Below, piece after piece: positions 26,936 to 39,090 of a DNA stretch of 64,000 nt; the first letter of the stretch is position 1; the number at the start of each line of letters is the position of its first letter. Under the pieces are notes generated by a model. The model was given only the letters and a program-made list of their open reading frames with translations. It was not told the DNA's origin and ran no database searches. The DNA is taken from the NCBI RefSeq assembly GCF_009914755.1, contig NC_060927.1. One strand, written 5' to 3'. Source of the stretch: the human T2T-CHM13v2.0 reference genome, Homo sapiens. A program made the position numbers and the translations under genes.

Positions 26936-27924
26936 AGGATGTTACAAACATAGCTTTTTGAGTGAAAAAACAAATCACTAAAATATTTTTTCTATAAATA
27001 ACTCTAAAAGAGACATCTCTTTTCCTTTAAATGTTAGTCACATAAATAAAATATAGGAATGTAGTAGTGTTTGTCGAAGACTAGAATGAAGTAGTGAGCA
27101 CTACTGTCCCTACAGAGGCTGAGTGTTGGGGCTGAGCCTGTATTGGCAGCATTGGTCATATACACTGTCTGCCTCTATTAAAATGTAACTACTATTAGCA
27201 AATGAATTAAATACTTCAGTTGCCTAGTAACTAATCCAATCTGAGAAAGAAGCAAAAATAGAATACATAAATTTAGAAATTTTAGGCCACGTGCCAAGCA
27301 AAATATTCTTGCTATATCCTTTTGATCATCTGCGATTTGAATGGAAGAAAGAGTATTTTGGTGTCAAGGCAACATTTGTGTTGACATTTCTTGGAAAAAG
27401 TGAATATTGCTTGATAACTGAACATATATGAGAAATCATCTGGCTTCCCAGGGACCTCTGGCCACACTATCCCTCAAAATCACCAAATGGAAGAAACTCT
27501 GACTAGTAGCAATTTATTTTTCTGTCTTAATTAAAAAGCCAAAGGACATTATGTGATTTCAGCCACATTGTACTGTTAGAAGAAAAGTATAAACCATCTG
27601 CTTTACCCATTTTCATGAAAATAAAAATATCAAGCAGCTTTTCAACAAGACACAAAAAAATTAAACAATTTAATGTTTTGTGTACGTGAAGTAATTACTG
27701 GGGGGCCATATATTACAGTTCAAAGAAATACCATGATATTGACATTAAATGTGATGCCAGTTACTTCAAATATTACTTTTTTCTGTCTCCATTAAAAAAA
27801 TTTAAAAAAAGTATTTACAGATGACATATTACAAAATAGTAAGTAAAAAAGAAAATGAAAAAATTATTCCCCTCCAAATAAAAAGAATGTAAAACTTAAA
27901 GAAGACTTATAAGACTAGTACAAT

Positions 27925-27985
27925 GAATTTCATATACTCTGGACCCAGATTGATTACTTTATAACTTCTCTCCCTGTCTCCCTTT

Positions 27986-28049
<64 letters not shown>

Positions 28050-28490
28050 TGTATGCGTATACATATATACACATTCTCCCCTAAACCATTTGGGAATTAG
28101 TTTTGTCTTTAAATATTTCATTATGTATTTCCTGAGAACATAACCAAGCACAATTATACAATTCAGGAAATTTAACATTGGTATAATATTGTATCGGTTC
28201 AATTGTATTAGTATTGTATTGATACAGTATCACTATCCATATTCACATTTTGCCACTTGTCCCAATAATGTCCTTTACAGACATTTCTTTTTCCCTTGAT
28301 CCAGGATTCAGTCCAGTAGCGTGCATTGCATTTGGTTATGTTTCTTTGATCTTCAGTAATGTGAAACAGTCCCTCAGCCTTTCTTGTCTTTCATGACATT
28401 GACGTTTTTGAAGAAAACCAAGAATGTCTCTTATTTTGGGTTTTTGTGATATTTCTTCATGATTAGATAGAAGACACATTTTCAGTCATT
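27925..28490 (-). mobile_element. L1MC4/MC5-like 3' end
   Basis: 'caattcaggaaatttaacattggtataatatt', 'gcattgcatttggttatgtttcttt', 'ctttcatgacattgacgtttttgaaga'. Confidence 0.8.
27966..28047. repeat. (CT)n(CA)n microsatellite
   Basis: Directly visible; about 23 uninterrupted CA units at 28001-28047. Confidence 0.97.
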
Positions 28491-28881
28491 AATTGCCATC
28501 TTCTTTTGAATAATCTAAGTCCTTAAGAGGACCATCAGGTAGAAGGTGGTTAGCAAACATCAGAGCCTGTCAGTCCAAAGCGTAGCTGGGTCAGGTGTGG
28601 CTCTTGACTGGGGGTGGCTGGCAACCTTGCCAGCCCAGGCCCATGTGCTGAGGGCTATGGCCCCGGCTCTCTGGTGTATCACCACTTGGCACACAGTAGG
28701 CACTTCCTAACGAAGTATGCAGGGACTCATTCCAAAATAGGAAAGCAATCATTTGAGCATGAAACCTATTTTTTCCACTCTCTTTTAGAAATATAAAAGC
28801 TCATAAAAGAAGAGGCCACAAACATTAGCAAAAATATTTGGGCTATCTAAATGTTCTTCTATTACTAATACTTAGCAAGTT

Positions 28882-29372
28882 AAGTATATATGTGTGTGTG
28901 TGTATATATATACACATATATATGTGTATATATATACACACACATAAATACTTTAAGTTCTAGGGTATATGTGCACAACGTGCAGGTTTGATACATAGGT
29001 ATACGTATGCCATGTTGGTTTGCTGCACCCATCAACTCATCATTTACATTAGGTATTTCTCCTAATGCTATCCCTCCCCCAGCCCCCCAACCCCTACAGG
29101 CCCCGGTGTGTGATGTTCCCCCGCCTTGTGTCCAAGTGATCTCATTGTTCACCTCCCACCTATGAGTGAGAATATGCGGTGTTTGGTTTTCTGTCCTTGT
29201 GATAGTTTGCTGAGAATGATGGTTTCCAGCTTCATCCATGTCCCTGCAAAGGACATGAACTCATCTTTTTTATGGCTGCATAGTATTCCATGGTGTATAT
29301 GTGCCACATTTTCTTAATCCAGTCTACCATTGATGGACATTTGGGTTGGTTCCAAGTCTTTGCTATTGTGAA
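28882..29372 (-). mobile_element. 5'-truncated L1PA (about PA5-PA7) 3' end
   Basis: 'ctttaagttctagggtatatgtgcacaacgtgcaggtttg...tttgggttggttccaagtctttgctattgtgaa'. The tail position holds a TA/TG palindrome. Confidence 0.95.
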
Positions 29373-29399
29373 AAGGTTTTAAACTGATACCAACTTGAA

Positions 29400-30190
29400 C
29401 TGTTTAAAGAAAGGTTGGCTGATAATTTGAAGGGTGAGAATTATGAGTAAACATCACTAGCAATGGAAATAAGTTAGTAAAATAGGCTAAAAAGGGAAGT
29501 TCACATTCAGGCCAGTGGGCTAAATGTATATAACCTGCCCATCTTAAAGTCAGGTTTTGCCCCCACATCCACGTTTTCAATGATGGATTAGGTTAGGGAA
29601 GGTTTTTGTGGGAACTGTGTGTGTATGTAAGAGCTTATGTTTACATGTGGTTGGATTTGGAAGAGGAAATATTCAAAGACCTGTTTCTTGTTCTCAGGAT
29701 GTAAGAGTTTCATGTCTAAGTGCCCCAGGGCCACAGATTTTTCACTGGCATGGCCTATTATCACCCACATCCACAGGCATGTGGACATTATAAATTCTGG
29801 ACAGTGTCAAACAGTTCTTCTTGGCCTCTGTATGCAACCTCTTTAGTGTCCAACTTCATTCCTTTCTGCAGCTCTTTCCTTCTCTTCCTCCATTCTCATC
29901 TTTCTGCAGTTTTTGCCAATCTCAAAAATGCAGGCTGGAAACATTATAGCAATTGCCCGAGGGCTGTGATGTCAAGTTCTTTGGACTTCTCGCCATAATG
30001 CTTTGTGCATCCTTCTGATTTGCAACTCTTATTTTATTATGGCTTGAACCTAAGTCATCGTTCTGAGCTTAAGTTCTCACCTGCTCTCTTCAGCTTCCAT
30101 AGTACCTTCTCAACTGCTTCCCTTCTCCTCTGCTTTGTGCAAAGACCAAGGGAAGAGTGGGCAGCTCTTTGGAACAAAGATGTTGCTTCT
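29400..30190 (-). pseudogene. Decayed coding-like remnant: K/E/R-rich coiled-coil followed by L1-ORF1-like motifs (ancient HAL1/L1 ORF1 or processed pseudogene)
   Basis: The minus strand is purine/GAA-rich. With stops and frameshifts it translates to ...KSKELDITALGQLL*CFQPAFLRLAKTAER*EWRKRRKELQK..GQEELFD / HCPEFIMSTCLWM..GHLDMKLLHPENKKQVF / TTCKHKLLH. This loosely parallels ORF1p NFPEL..LQI..RHILVKLL..KDKEKIL..ITYKGK.IRL. Similarity judged by eye only. Confidence 0.4.
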
Positions 30191-30194
30191 CAGT

Positions 30195-30422
30195 CTTTTA
30201 TTTATTCAAAAAGCATTTATTGAGCATCTACTAAGTGCCAGGCACTGTTCTTGGCATTAGAGGTAGAGGTGAACAGGTCAGATGAGCTCCCCACCCTCAC
30301 AGAGTTTACATTCCAGTGGGAATCACTGGGTAGACTAAGATGTAAATACAGGAAGTTCATAGTTTCCGATGGAGATAAGCATTATGATGAGAATCAAATG
30401 GGTTAACATGAAAGATAGCAGG
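30195..30422 (-). mobile_element. L2 3' end
   Basis: 'tttattcaaaaagcatttattgagcatctactaagtgccaggcactgttct'. Confidence 0.85.
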
Positions 30423-33400
30423 AAATGGTTAGGGCACTGACCCTGGCTTCCCAGTCTGTCCTCTCAGAGAGGATGCCCTCTCTAACTATGGGTTTTGCTC
30501 TGGTACTCCTCTGCACAAGCTGCTCATCTGTTCCCTCTTTTCCCTTAGGCTGGATCCAGGGTAAGTATGGGGGGAGATGCCAGCAAGAGCCCAGGAGCTG
30601 CTTAGGAAATGCTAACTTACTTGGAGTTTCTTGGAGACAAGACAGGGTGTGTATCTCTCACAGGCATAACCTGGGGGTCAAGGAACTGAATGATCCCATT
30701 CGATAATCTGAGAACTTACTTCCTAAAGAAAAAGACTTAGTTCGTTCAAGGGGAAGCTAATAGAGCATGATTTGTTTAACCTAATTTTTATGTGGAAAAA
30801 AATCAGAACTATGGTACAACAAATTTAGATTAGATAACGTCTTGCTTATACTTTCTAGACATGATGTGACTATACTGTACTGTAGTTAACTCAGTGATTT
30901 CTGTAACTCTTAGTAATTACCGTTTCAATTACATCTGCCCCTAAAATCGGGCCATATGCAAGTCTCTCATATATTATTTATCTTTCAAAACGAAAAGGTA
31001 ACAGACTGAAATTATGACTTTAAACAGTGTAGGCATTATTTTTCCCACATCTTTTCAAAAGGTCACATCTTTGGGCTAAGGTTTGAATTTTGGAATGCAT
31101 CTAGCTGGCTTGGGTTGGGCATGAGAGGAAGGAACAGCTGTATCTGTTCAGGGGTTAATTGGTAACAATTCTCTAAGCCATTGAAATGAATTCTTTTCCT
31201 CAGGCTGATGCCAGAGATTGTTGTATTATGAATTTAGCTGTGAGCAATTTTACATTGTATAGTACATAAAAGAGCATACACATTGTCCAATAAAAGACAT
31301 GTGCTCTCACCAAAACTTAACCTAAGGCATTCATTTGGGGAGTAAGAGAGCAAGGTAGTTCTCATGCCTCTGGTAGGACAGAACCACTGCATCCAGCCAG
31401 GCCAAACTCACTTACATGTGGTGCTTCTCCATAGTCTGAAAAGGGCTTCCTTAGTCCTGCCATAGCACAAAGCTCAGATTCTCTTTGACCTTCACCCTGT
31501 CCTGCAATCCATGGGCTATGTGGGCAGCCCCGGGCCAGGGAAGCACTGGTTGGAGGGCTTTGATGCCCCCACCTTGCTTTGAGAGGGACACAGGGCACTG
31601 CTCTCCTTTCCTCTGCTATCTCCTGACTCCAAAACTCCTGAAAATGGCAGATGCCCAATGGTAGAGCTGAAATGAACACCTTTTTTGCATTTTCAGCTGA
31701 GGTGGCCCATGAGGGACAACAGAGGCCTCCCTGGAGAGACTGTGGCCCACATAACCCTCACCAGGGTCAACAAAGCAAGGCCAGAAGGTCAAACTTCCTG
31801 CCTTCAGGGATTTGTAGCCCTTTAACCTCTGGAGAGAGAAAGTTCAAAAAGGAGGTCCCTTGAATGGCCCCGTGCACAGATTTTATCACAGTACAACACA
31901 ACACATGGACCAAGATTTCTCTACCCTTCCCACACCTAAGCAGCACCAGTCTGCAACATCATAAGGTTCCTAAGCAAAGAAAGCATAAAACTGGCAAAAC
32001 CTGAGGGTCCCTGTGATTCCCTGGTGACCTTAATAGCCCTCCCACCTCTACCCCATGGGTTTGCCACCATTTTTCCTTCTTCTGAATCCTAAACACAGCC
32101 AGCTATGACCTAGAAAGTGTGGACCACTCACATGGTGCCTTTCCCCAAGAGCAGCCTCCTAATCCAGAGAGACAGACCCAAACAAGGAAGAGAAGAGAAA
32201 CAATCTTTCATCTGCAAGAGCCTTTTTTTTTTTTTAGCACAATGTGAAAGTAACCTAAAAGATAAAAGTAAAAACTTGAGATTCCAAAGAAAATGAACTG
32301 TAGTGGCAAGCATGATACATACACGATTGCACTCCACGACTGTCAAAATTCAGCAGGGAGAATCATTGTCCCTTGGTAATTATGCGCATCCATTAGCATG
32401 GCATCCATTCTTTGTCAGAAGCGTTTGGTGACAGTCTCTCCAGAGAAGCACACAGCTCGCGTGGCCTGCAGTTAGATGGCCAGGACGCACCTCCCCCAGG
32501 GAAATGCTGCTGCTAACACCATATTAAAGACAAAGTTTGTTGGGTTTTGTTTTTTTAATCTCAGATGCCAGTGCAGGGCACAAGATGTTTATTATAATTT
32601 TATAGACACCTCTAACAAAAGCTTCACTCAGGAAGGAAAATTAAACGTTAAGGTTTCAGGGATGGTGGGGTGGGGTGGTAAGCTGCAGAAGGTTGGAAAA
32701 GAGAGGGGAAGTGGGGCAAGCCATAGACATAGCTTCATTCCCAAGCTGGCAATTCTTACACTTAATATGTTTTGTCAGGCAAGTCTTCAATACAGATTAA
32801 AATGAAATGCCAAGTAATTTCCACCTCTCGGCCGCTCATGTCTGTGAACAATGGAGAGTGTTTTGATGAATGTCAGTTAATGGCACTTACGCTCTTGTAG
32901 ATTTCATCCTCGCAGCAAGGTCTAAGAAATGGGGGGTTAGGGGGCTATCTGTGTGTGTGGAGGGGAGGGATGGGGAAGATTGGTCCATAATCCCCTTCTT
33001 ACTAATTTGATTCATACTGATGGAAATTGAAAGTGAACCAAGAACAAAATCAGGATGCCCAGAGAAGATGACTCTTTGTTGTTAATTAGGCTCAAAGCAG
33101 AAAACATGATTTCTAAGAGCTGGGTCCACTAGGTGAAGGATTTCTTCACGTTTAGATTTTGCCAGGCAGCTTCTACTCCAGTGGAAGGGGCTGGCTGCAT
33201 TGCTGGGGTCTAAGTCTTTGGTTCAACTGGGAAGTTTGCAGCAAGTCTCTCAATAGTCACACTTTCCAGTCAGTTCCATCCTGATACAAACCCGAGGCTG
33301 CAAAACCCACAGGCTGAGCCTTGTTATCTCATTTCCCCGCACATCACTGCCTTTGCAATTTTGCATTCTGAACTCCCAGTGTGGGGTAATTTTGAAGAGT

Positions 33401-34160
33401 AGGATAAAAACTGAAGCGCCAGCAGAATTCTATCACCCAGGGATTTAAATCCTCACCTTCCTCACAACTGGCATGTGCAATGTACTTATTTCTCTTATCC
33501 TGTTCTTAAGCTTGATTGGGAGGATTTGGTTTTCGCTTATTCTCTTACTGCCTGGAATAGGAGCTTTAACTGGAAATTGCTGACTAATTTTATGGTTGTG
33601 TAGGTAACAGGGAACACTTCTGTCTGGTAATCATTGTGAACAACATCTCTCTGTATTCAAAGTCTAGTGAGTTACATTGGTATTCCCTTCACAGTCGCAG
33701 TGACCAGCCCATTGACTCAGCTTTGGTGCTTACGTGTTTCTTGTTGGTTTGCTTTATGGAATCACTGCTTACCAAATTTTGTAGTGTCAAACCCAGCCTT
33801 TTTAGATGTTGAATCAAAGAAATTCTTGGGAGGTGTGGAAAAATTATCTTCCAGAAATGGAAGTCCCAAGAGCAAGGAGAATAAAACTAAGGTGTCTTGG
33901 GCTCCTCTGTTCTCCTATGTAGCCCATGCTCATTCCCTTTCCCCGACCTCATCTGCAGAAAAACCCTCTGAAGGGGTTGCTGTCCCTAGCTCACCCAAAG
34001 GAAACTGAGCTCACTAGCTTGCTCAAGAACCTGCATGGCTAGGGAGGCCAGAGCAAGGCAGACTGATGGGTCTGTCTGATCCAAAGTCCAGCTCTCTCAC
34101 TGAAGCCTTATCTTTCGGAAAGCTTCCAACAGTAACTCAGGAATTGAGCTTACTTGCTTT

Positions 34161-34198
34161 AAAAAAAAAAAAAAAAAAAAAAAGAGAGAGAAAAAAAA
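34161..34198. repeat. Poly-A/(AG) tract
   Basis: A23 followed by gagagag and A8; no adjacent retroelement body is visible. Confidence 0.9.
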
Positions 34199-35449
34199 GG
34201 TTGATAAAACAACCTTCTGGTTATACTTGTACACTGATGCTGAATCCTGTTTTAAATGTTTTAACCTTGCACATTCCCGTCAGTGATTCGTCTCAAAGCA
34301 AAAAACATGATTTCCGAGAACTGAGTCCACTTGGCAGAGGATCACTTTGCATTAAAGGAATCATACATTTTCTCATGTACATTTCAGAGGCCGTGTGAGT
34401 TTTCACCTTCCTGGATAACCAAGAATGTCCATTTTGCTGCCAGTTCCAAGCTTTTCAAAACTAAAGTTTTAAAGAGGTGCTTCTAAAACATGAATAAAAT
34501 GGAATGGCATGAATCAGTCTCCCGTCTTCATCGGGGACATTTGGAAAAGCAGTGAAGAGTAGGCAACCTGCCTGCCTGTGAGGAAAGGAAGGGCCACACT
34601 CCCTGAAGACGCCTGGGGACAGGAGGACTATGGCTCAAGCACAAGCCAAATGCTCGTGACTGACCCAGAAGCCCATGACCACTCCCCGCCATCATGATCC
34701 AGAGGCACACTGTTGTCTCGGCATCTGGGGAATGAGCACCAGCCTCCTGGGCTTGTCATCACTATCACTGGGAGAATGGTGGAGGCAGGGGAAGCACATG
34801 AGTGAGGCCGAGTCTCCATTTCCTCACCCATTAATTGGGGGCAATGATGCCCACCTTTCAGGGTTGCTGCAAGGCTTGGGGAGGGGGTTTGTGGAGCACC
34901 AGGCATGGTCAGGCTTGGTGAAAGATGGCTACTGCAACAGAGGGGTTGCAGAAGATTCCAGCTAAGCCAGCTATCTCTAGCCCTCCTCAGCCAACCTGAA
35001 CTCAGTTACTGCTGCTTTTTCATAGTCTGTCTTTGATAACAATTCAAGTCTTCTTGCATTTGGAGGGAGTATATAGGTGGGAGTTTAAGGTGCCAGGGAG
35101 GTGAATATTGAGTCTTCAGCCCCCTCCTGGAAAGACTAATTCAGAAAAGCAGCTTTGTCAGGCCAGAAAGCTGCAGGGTGTCTCCTCAGGTTCTTTCCTC
35201 TGGGACCTTCTCAGGATCAGAGGGATTCTTCAATTTCTAAATCAAAGTAAAATCTCTGGCAAAACACCAAATAGAGCAGAGTGTCTCTGTCAGCAAGTTT
35301 TGCTTCCTGAAGAACCGTTTTTGCAGGCAGAAACACCAGCGGTCACTAGAGGAGCAGGAGGGTTGCAGCCCAGGAGCCTTGCCTCAGCCTAGACCCTCCA
35401 CCAAGTGGAAGGCAGGGGACTGTCTGCTTCCTAGGGCAGGAGGGGCATC

Positions 35450-36025
35450 CCTACAAAAGGATTGCAAAATTTTGCTAATTTATGTTGGTGAAAACCTGAA
35501 GAATGTGCATAGGAATGGATTATAAGGATGTTGGACCAAAGATGGAGTTGAGAGATCCTGAATTTTATATGTCAGCTGAGCAGCTGGAAGTGGCTCCAAG
35601 AGATAGAAAAAAGTTTGGTTGGTTAGCTGAAAGTGAGACTCAATGGTTCTACATTCCATGCGGTTTCCAAAACTTCCTTGGCATCATGTAAGAGGATAGA
35701 ATCAAAGGCTTAGAAGGCTGGGATGTGGGAATCAAATTATAATGTGAGCCCTGCACACCCACATTCACACTCTGTCCCTGGAGCAGGCTCAGAGGATACT
35801 CCCTTCAGTAAGGCCTTGAGCGGCCTGTCAGTGACTTTTCACATCCCCATTGGCCTGGGAGATCACTGCGGTGGCTGAGCTCCATAAGCTGGACACATTG
35901 GTGGGGGTGCTGTCATTGAGATGGGCTCTCCGATTTCAGTGGAGGTGGTAAGATCACTTTGTGTCAGAGACCAGAGATAGGCACTTAACTGCCAGGGACA
36001 AAGTGGCACAGTTACCTAATGAGCA
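35450..36025 (+). mobile_element. ERVL-class (HERV16/ERV3-like) internal gag remnant
   Basis: Decayed translation PTKGLQNFANLCW*KPEECA*EWIIRMLDQ ... GSEDTPFSKAL matches recalled ERVL Gag motifs (KELQDFANLYRQKPGEYVWEWILRVLD; GPEDTPFTKAL). Confidence 0.8.
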
Positions 36026-38930
36026 TCAAAATGTTTTTCAATATTGCCATTCAGCTCTTCTACCAACATGAGTTGTGTGAGGTTTCCTCTCTCCATTATT
36101 TTTCTTTGCTTTTACTACAACTACCTAAACACCATATACGCTATCTTGGCTATGAATTAACTGATACCTCTATTTTGATCCTTTTAAATTTTTCTTCCAC
36201 ATCCTGGAGAAAACCTCTTCCAAGGACACAGTGGGTGCCACAAATACATTATCCTTTGGCATAATGGACCCTAAGGCCAGGGGCGTAATTTAGAATGAAT
36301 GTGCCAAGCGTGTGCCACTCCTTCAGGACAGAGCTGGCGATGGGAACTCCCCATTTTGGTATCTGGGCTTATTTCTGTGGTATTAGAGGCACCTCTTGGT
36401 GAGCTGCCAATTACTGTAACTGTTGATTGAGCCCAAGGATTATCTTTTATTCCCTCTACCAGCCAAGGAGAATGTCATCCCATTTTACAGATGGAGAAAC
36501 TGTCATCTAATCATTAGGTGTGTGTTGCTGAGCTTTCTCCTTCTCTCCCACGTACCCAGAGTGTCCCTGCAAGAGCCCCTTTCAGACCTCCTCAAGTGCA
36601 GTGTGCTCATCTTAACGCCCCTGCCAACTTAGTTTGAATCAATGTTGTGGAGGAGCTGACTTGCTCATCTTCACTTTGCTGGTCTGGACCCATCATAGGA
36701 GTCAAGAAAATAAAAAGCATTAGTTTCAAAGGAAAGCTAAAGATGTTTGCTAAATATGTATGGCCCCTACCAACCTGTAGTTTCATAAAGGTTAATTGGC
36801 TGCTTTAAGCTCCACTACCTCAGTTTCCCCCATCTGCAAGATGGGGACAAAACCTTGACCTATTCCCCATCTTTTCACATCCCATTTTATTGCCTCTCAA
36901 GGACAAGGAGAACTGAAGTGCAACCATATCGTCAGCTGAGAAGATGGGCTTTGCTAAAGATTTTCTCATTTCACCCGTCTCTTCAGCTTCACGTGAAAGT
37001 CCCCCTTCTCCTGCCCCCAGGTCTGTAGCTATTGCCTTAGCCCTCAGGAGTAGGGAACAAAGGAAGGACATCAGCTAAGTTGTGGGCTTGATGCTTGTCT
37101 AAAGAGTATCCCATCCCTTTTTTTTTCTTTCTAGTGATGTAGAATGGGAGGGAGAGGGGGGTAGGGAAGGATGGTGTCACAAACACACAGTCTGAGAGCA
37201 CCGAGCCCTAAAACAGAAAAATCTTCATCCTCTCACCACCTATGCTTCAAAGATTCATAAAAGCATGTCACTAGAAGCATCGCGTGAAGTGAACTAAGAG
37301 GCACTTGAGGGTGCATGATAATGTTAGCTGTGCCTTGTCACTTTGTTAAAGAATGTGCAAGTGCAGGGAGAATCCAGCAGTGAGTGCCCAGGCAGGCAGA
37401 ACTCTTCACCCACCACACCCTCCCCCCCAACCTCGACCACCCACCCCCACCCACAGTTTTTTAGCCCAGGGTTAAGACGGCAGGTCCATTATATAGTGGA
37501 CCATCTTTCATGGTCCCTATGAAGTTCAACTGAGTCCCAAGTTTGCTTTTTCTGAGTCTGAAAAGGTTTGCCTTGAAGTTAAGGTGACAAGAGAGTGACT
37601 GATTCCTGAAAATTTCTTGCAGAATGAAGGATGAGGTTGGACTTCTCAGTTTCTGTCCAGAACAAGGATGGAGAGGCTCAGCAGCACCAACAGGTCAGTA
37701 GGTAGGTTTTTTCTGTGCCATATGATTGGGTTCTGAGTTGCTGTAGCCATGGCGTTGGGCCAGACACATGATGGTCTGCTTTTGAGGCTCAAGGGTATTG
37801 TTATTTCCATCTTAGCAATAAGAAAACAAGCCCAGAGTGAGCACTGGACAGCGTTACAAGGCTGTAGAACATAGCAAAGTCAGGGGAGTGGTCAGCTCTG
37901 GGGCATGGAGACATGACTCATGTCCCTGCCCCTCTCCACCCTCTCCCTGGGATTCACTTCCCATGGGGAAGGGGTCTTTGCTCTTGTCTGTGCTTCAGAC
38001 ACTGTCTCAGAATATGGTCTTTCAGTGTCAACATTAAAATTTAATACCTAGGGTTATGGAAGTGTTTTACTTTGAGCAAAGTCTCAGGGATATTTTTCTA
38101 AGCATTCCTCATTCAGTTATGTCAGTAAATAATTGCACAAATAATTTTTTAAAAAGTGTTACCAAGAAAGCTGCATGGACCCCTTGAATTCTGTCCCCTG
38201 CCTTGGTCTCTCCCACTTTCGTGTTCTTCCTGTTTGTGCATCTGAATAAGCCCCTTCCCCAGGCATGTGAGCACATCCATTTGCAGGAAAGCTGCCCCCT
38301 AACCCCAGGACTGGAGGCTTTTTTGAGGTGTGGTACAAAGAGCCAGAGTTCCAGAATTCACCAGCTCCAGCTCACCTGTGTCTCCCTCAGGGGCGAACAG
38401 AGGTGGATCCTTGAGCTGCTCCAATAATGACATTCTGGAAGATTCATGTCAACCTCTGTGCCTCAGCCTAGAGTCTGGGGAGAGGACCCCCCCATGAGGC
38501 GACTGCTCACAGCCCTTAGAAGTTGGTTAAGAACTATAGGGTGATTTGGATTTGTAAGTTGTCCTTCAATTTTGCTAGTGATTTCTCTAAATAATGGCCA
38601 GGAGATCTGACAGGTCTGGAGGTGAGACTGAAGTGAGTCATTGCCGGTGTCAGCATGTGTGTGCCAGTGTCTCCCAGCTCAGGCTGCAGAGTGTAAGAGA
38701 GGGTGACTCATTCGTTCTCAGAAGCCTGTTCTTGGTTACCTTTCCCTGAGTATTTTGTGGTGGTGTTGAGGTAACTCATTTTGTTCAGAAGCAGAACTTC
38801 CCCTTACTGCTACTCTAGGAAATCATGTTTCATTAAAGGGTTTTCTTCCTCCAAAACTCTATTAGCTGCTGCATTTTTTAAGAGAGAGTTTCTTGGGAGA
38901 ACTACTGGAGAGAAGAGAATATAAACATAT

Positions 38931-39090
38931 TGTTTTAGTCCTGTTCTTGCTTTGCTATAAAGAACTACATGAGACTGGGTAATTTATAAAGAAAAGAGAA
39001 TTAAATGGCTCACGGTCCCACAGTCTGTATAGGAAGCATGGCTGGGGAGGCCTCAGGAAACTTACAATCATGGCAGAAGGGGAAGCAGCC
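38931..39090 (-). mobile_element. MST (MaLR) LTR fragment
   Basis: 'tgctataaagaactacatgagactgggtaatttataaagaaaagag...ggaggcctcaggaaacttacaatcatggcagaagg'. Confidence 0.9.

Noticed and set aside
28880-29317. 119-aa and 63-aa ORFs
   Set aside because: They are off-frame translations of the L1PA 3' end.
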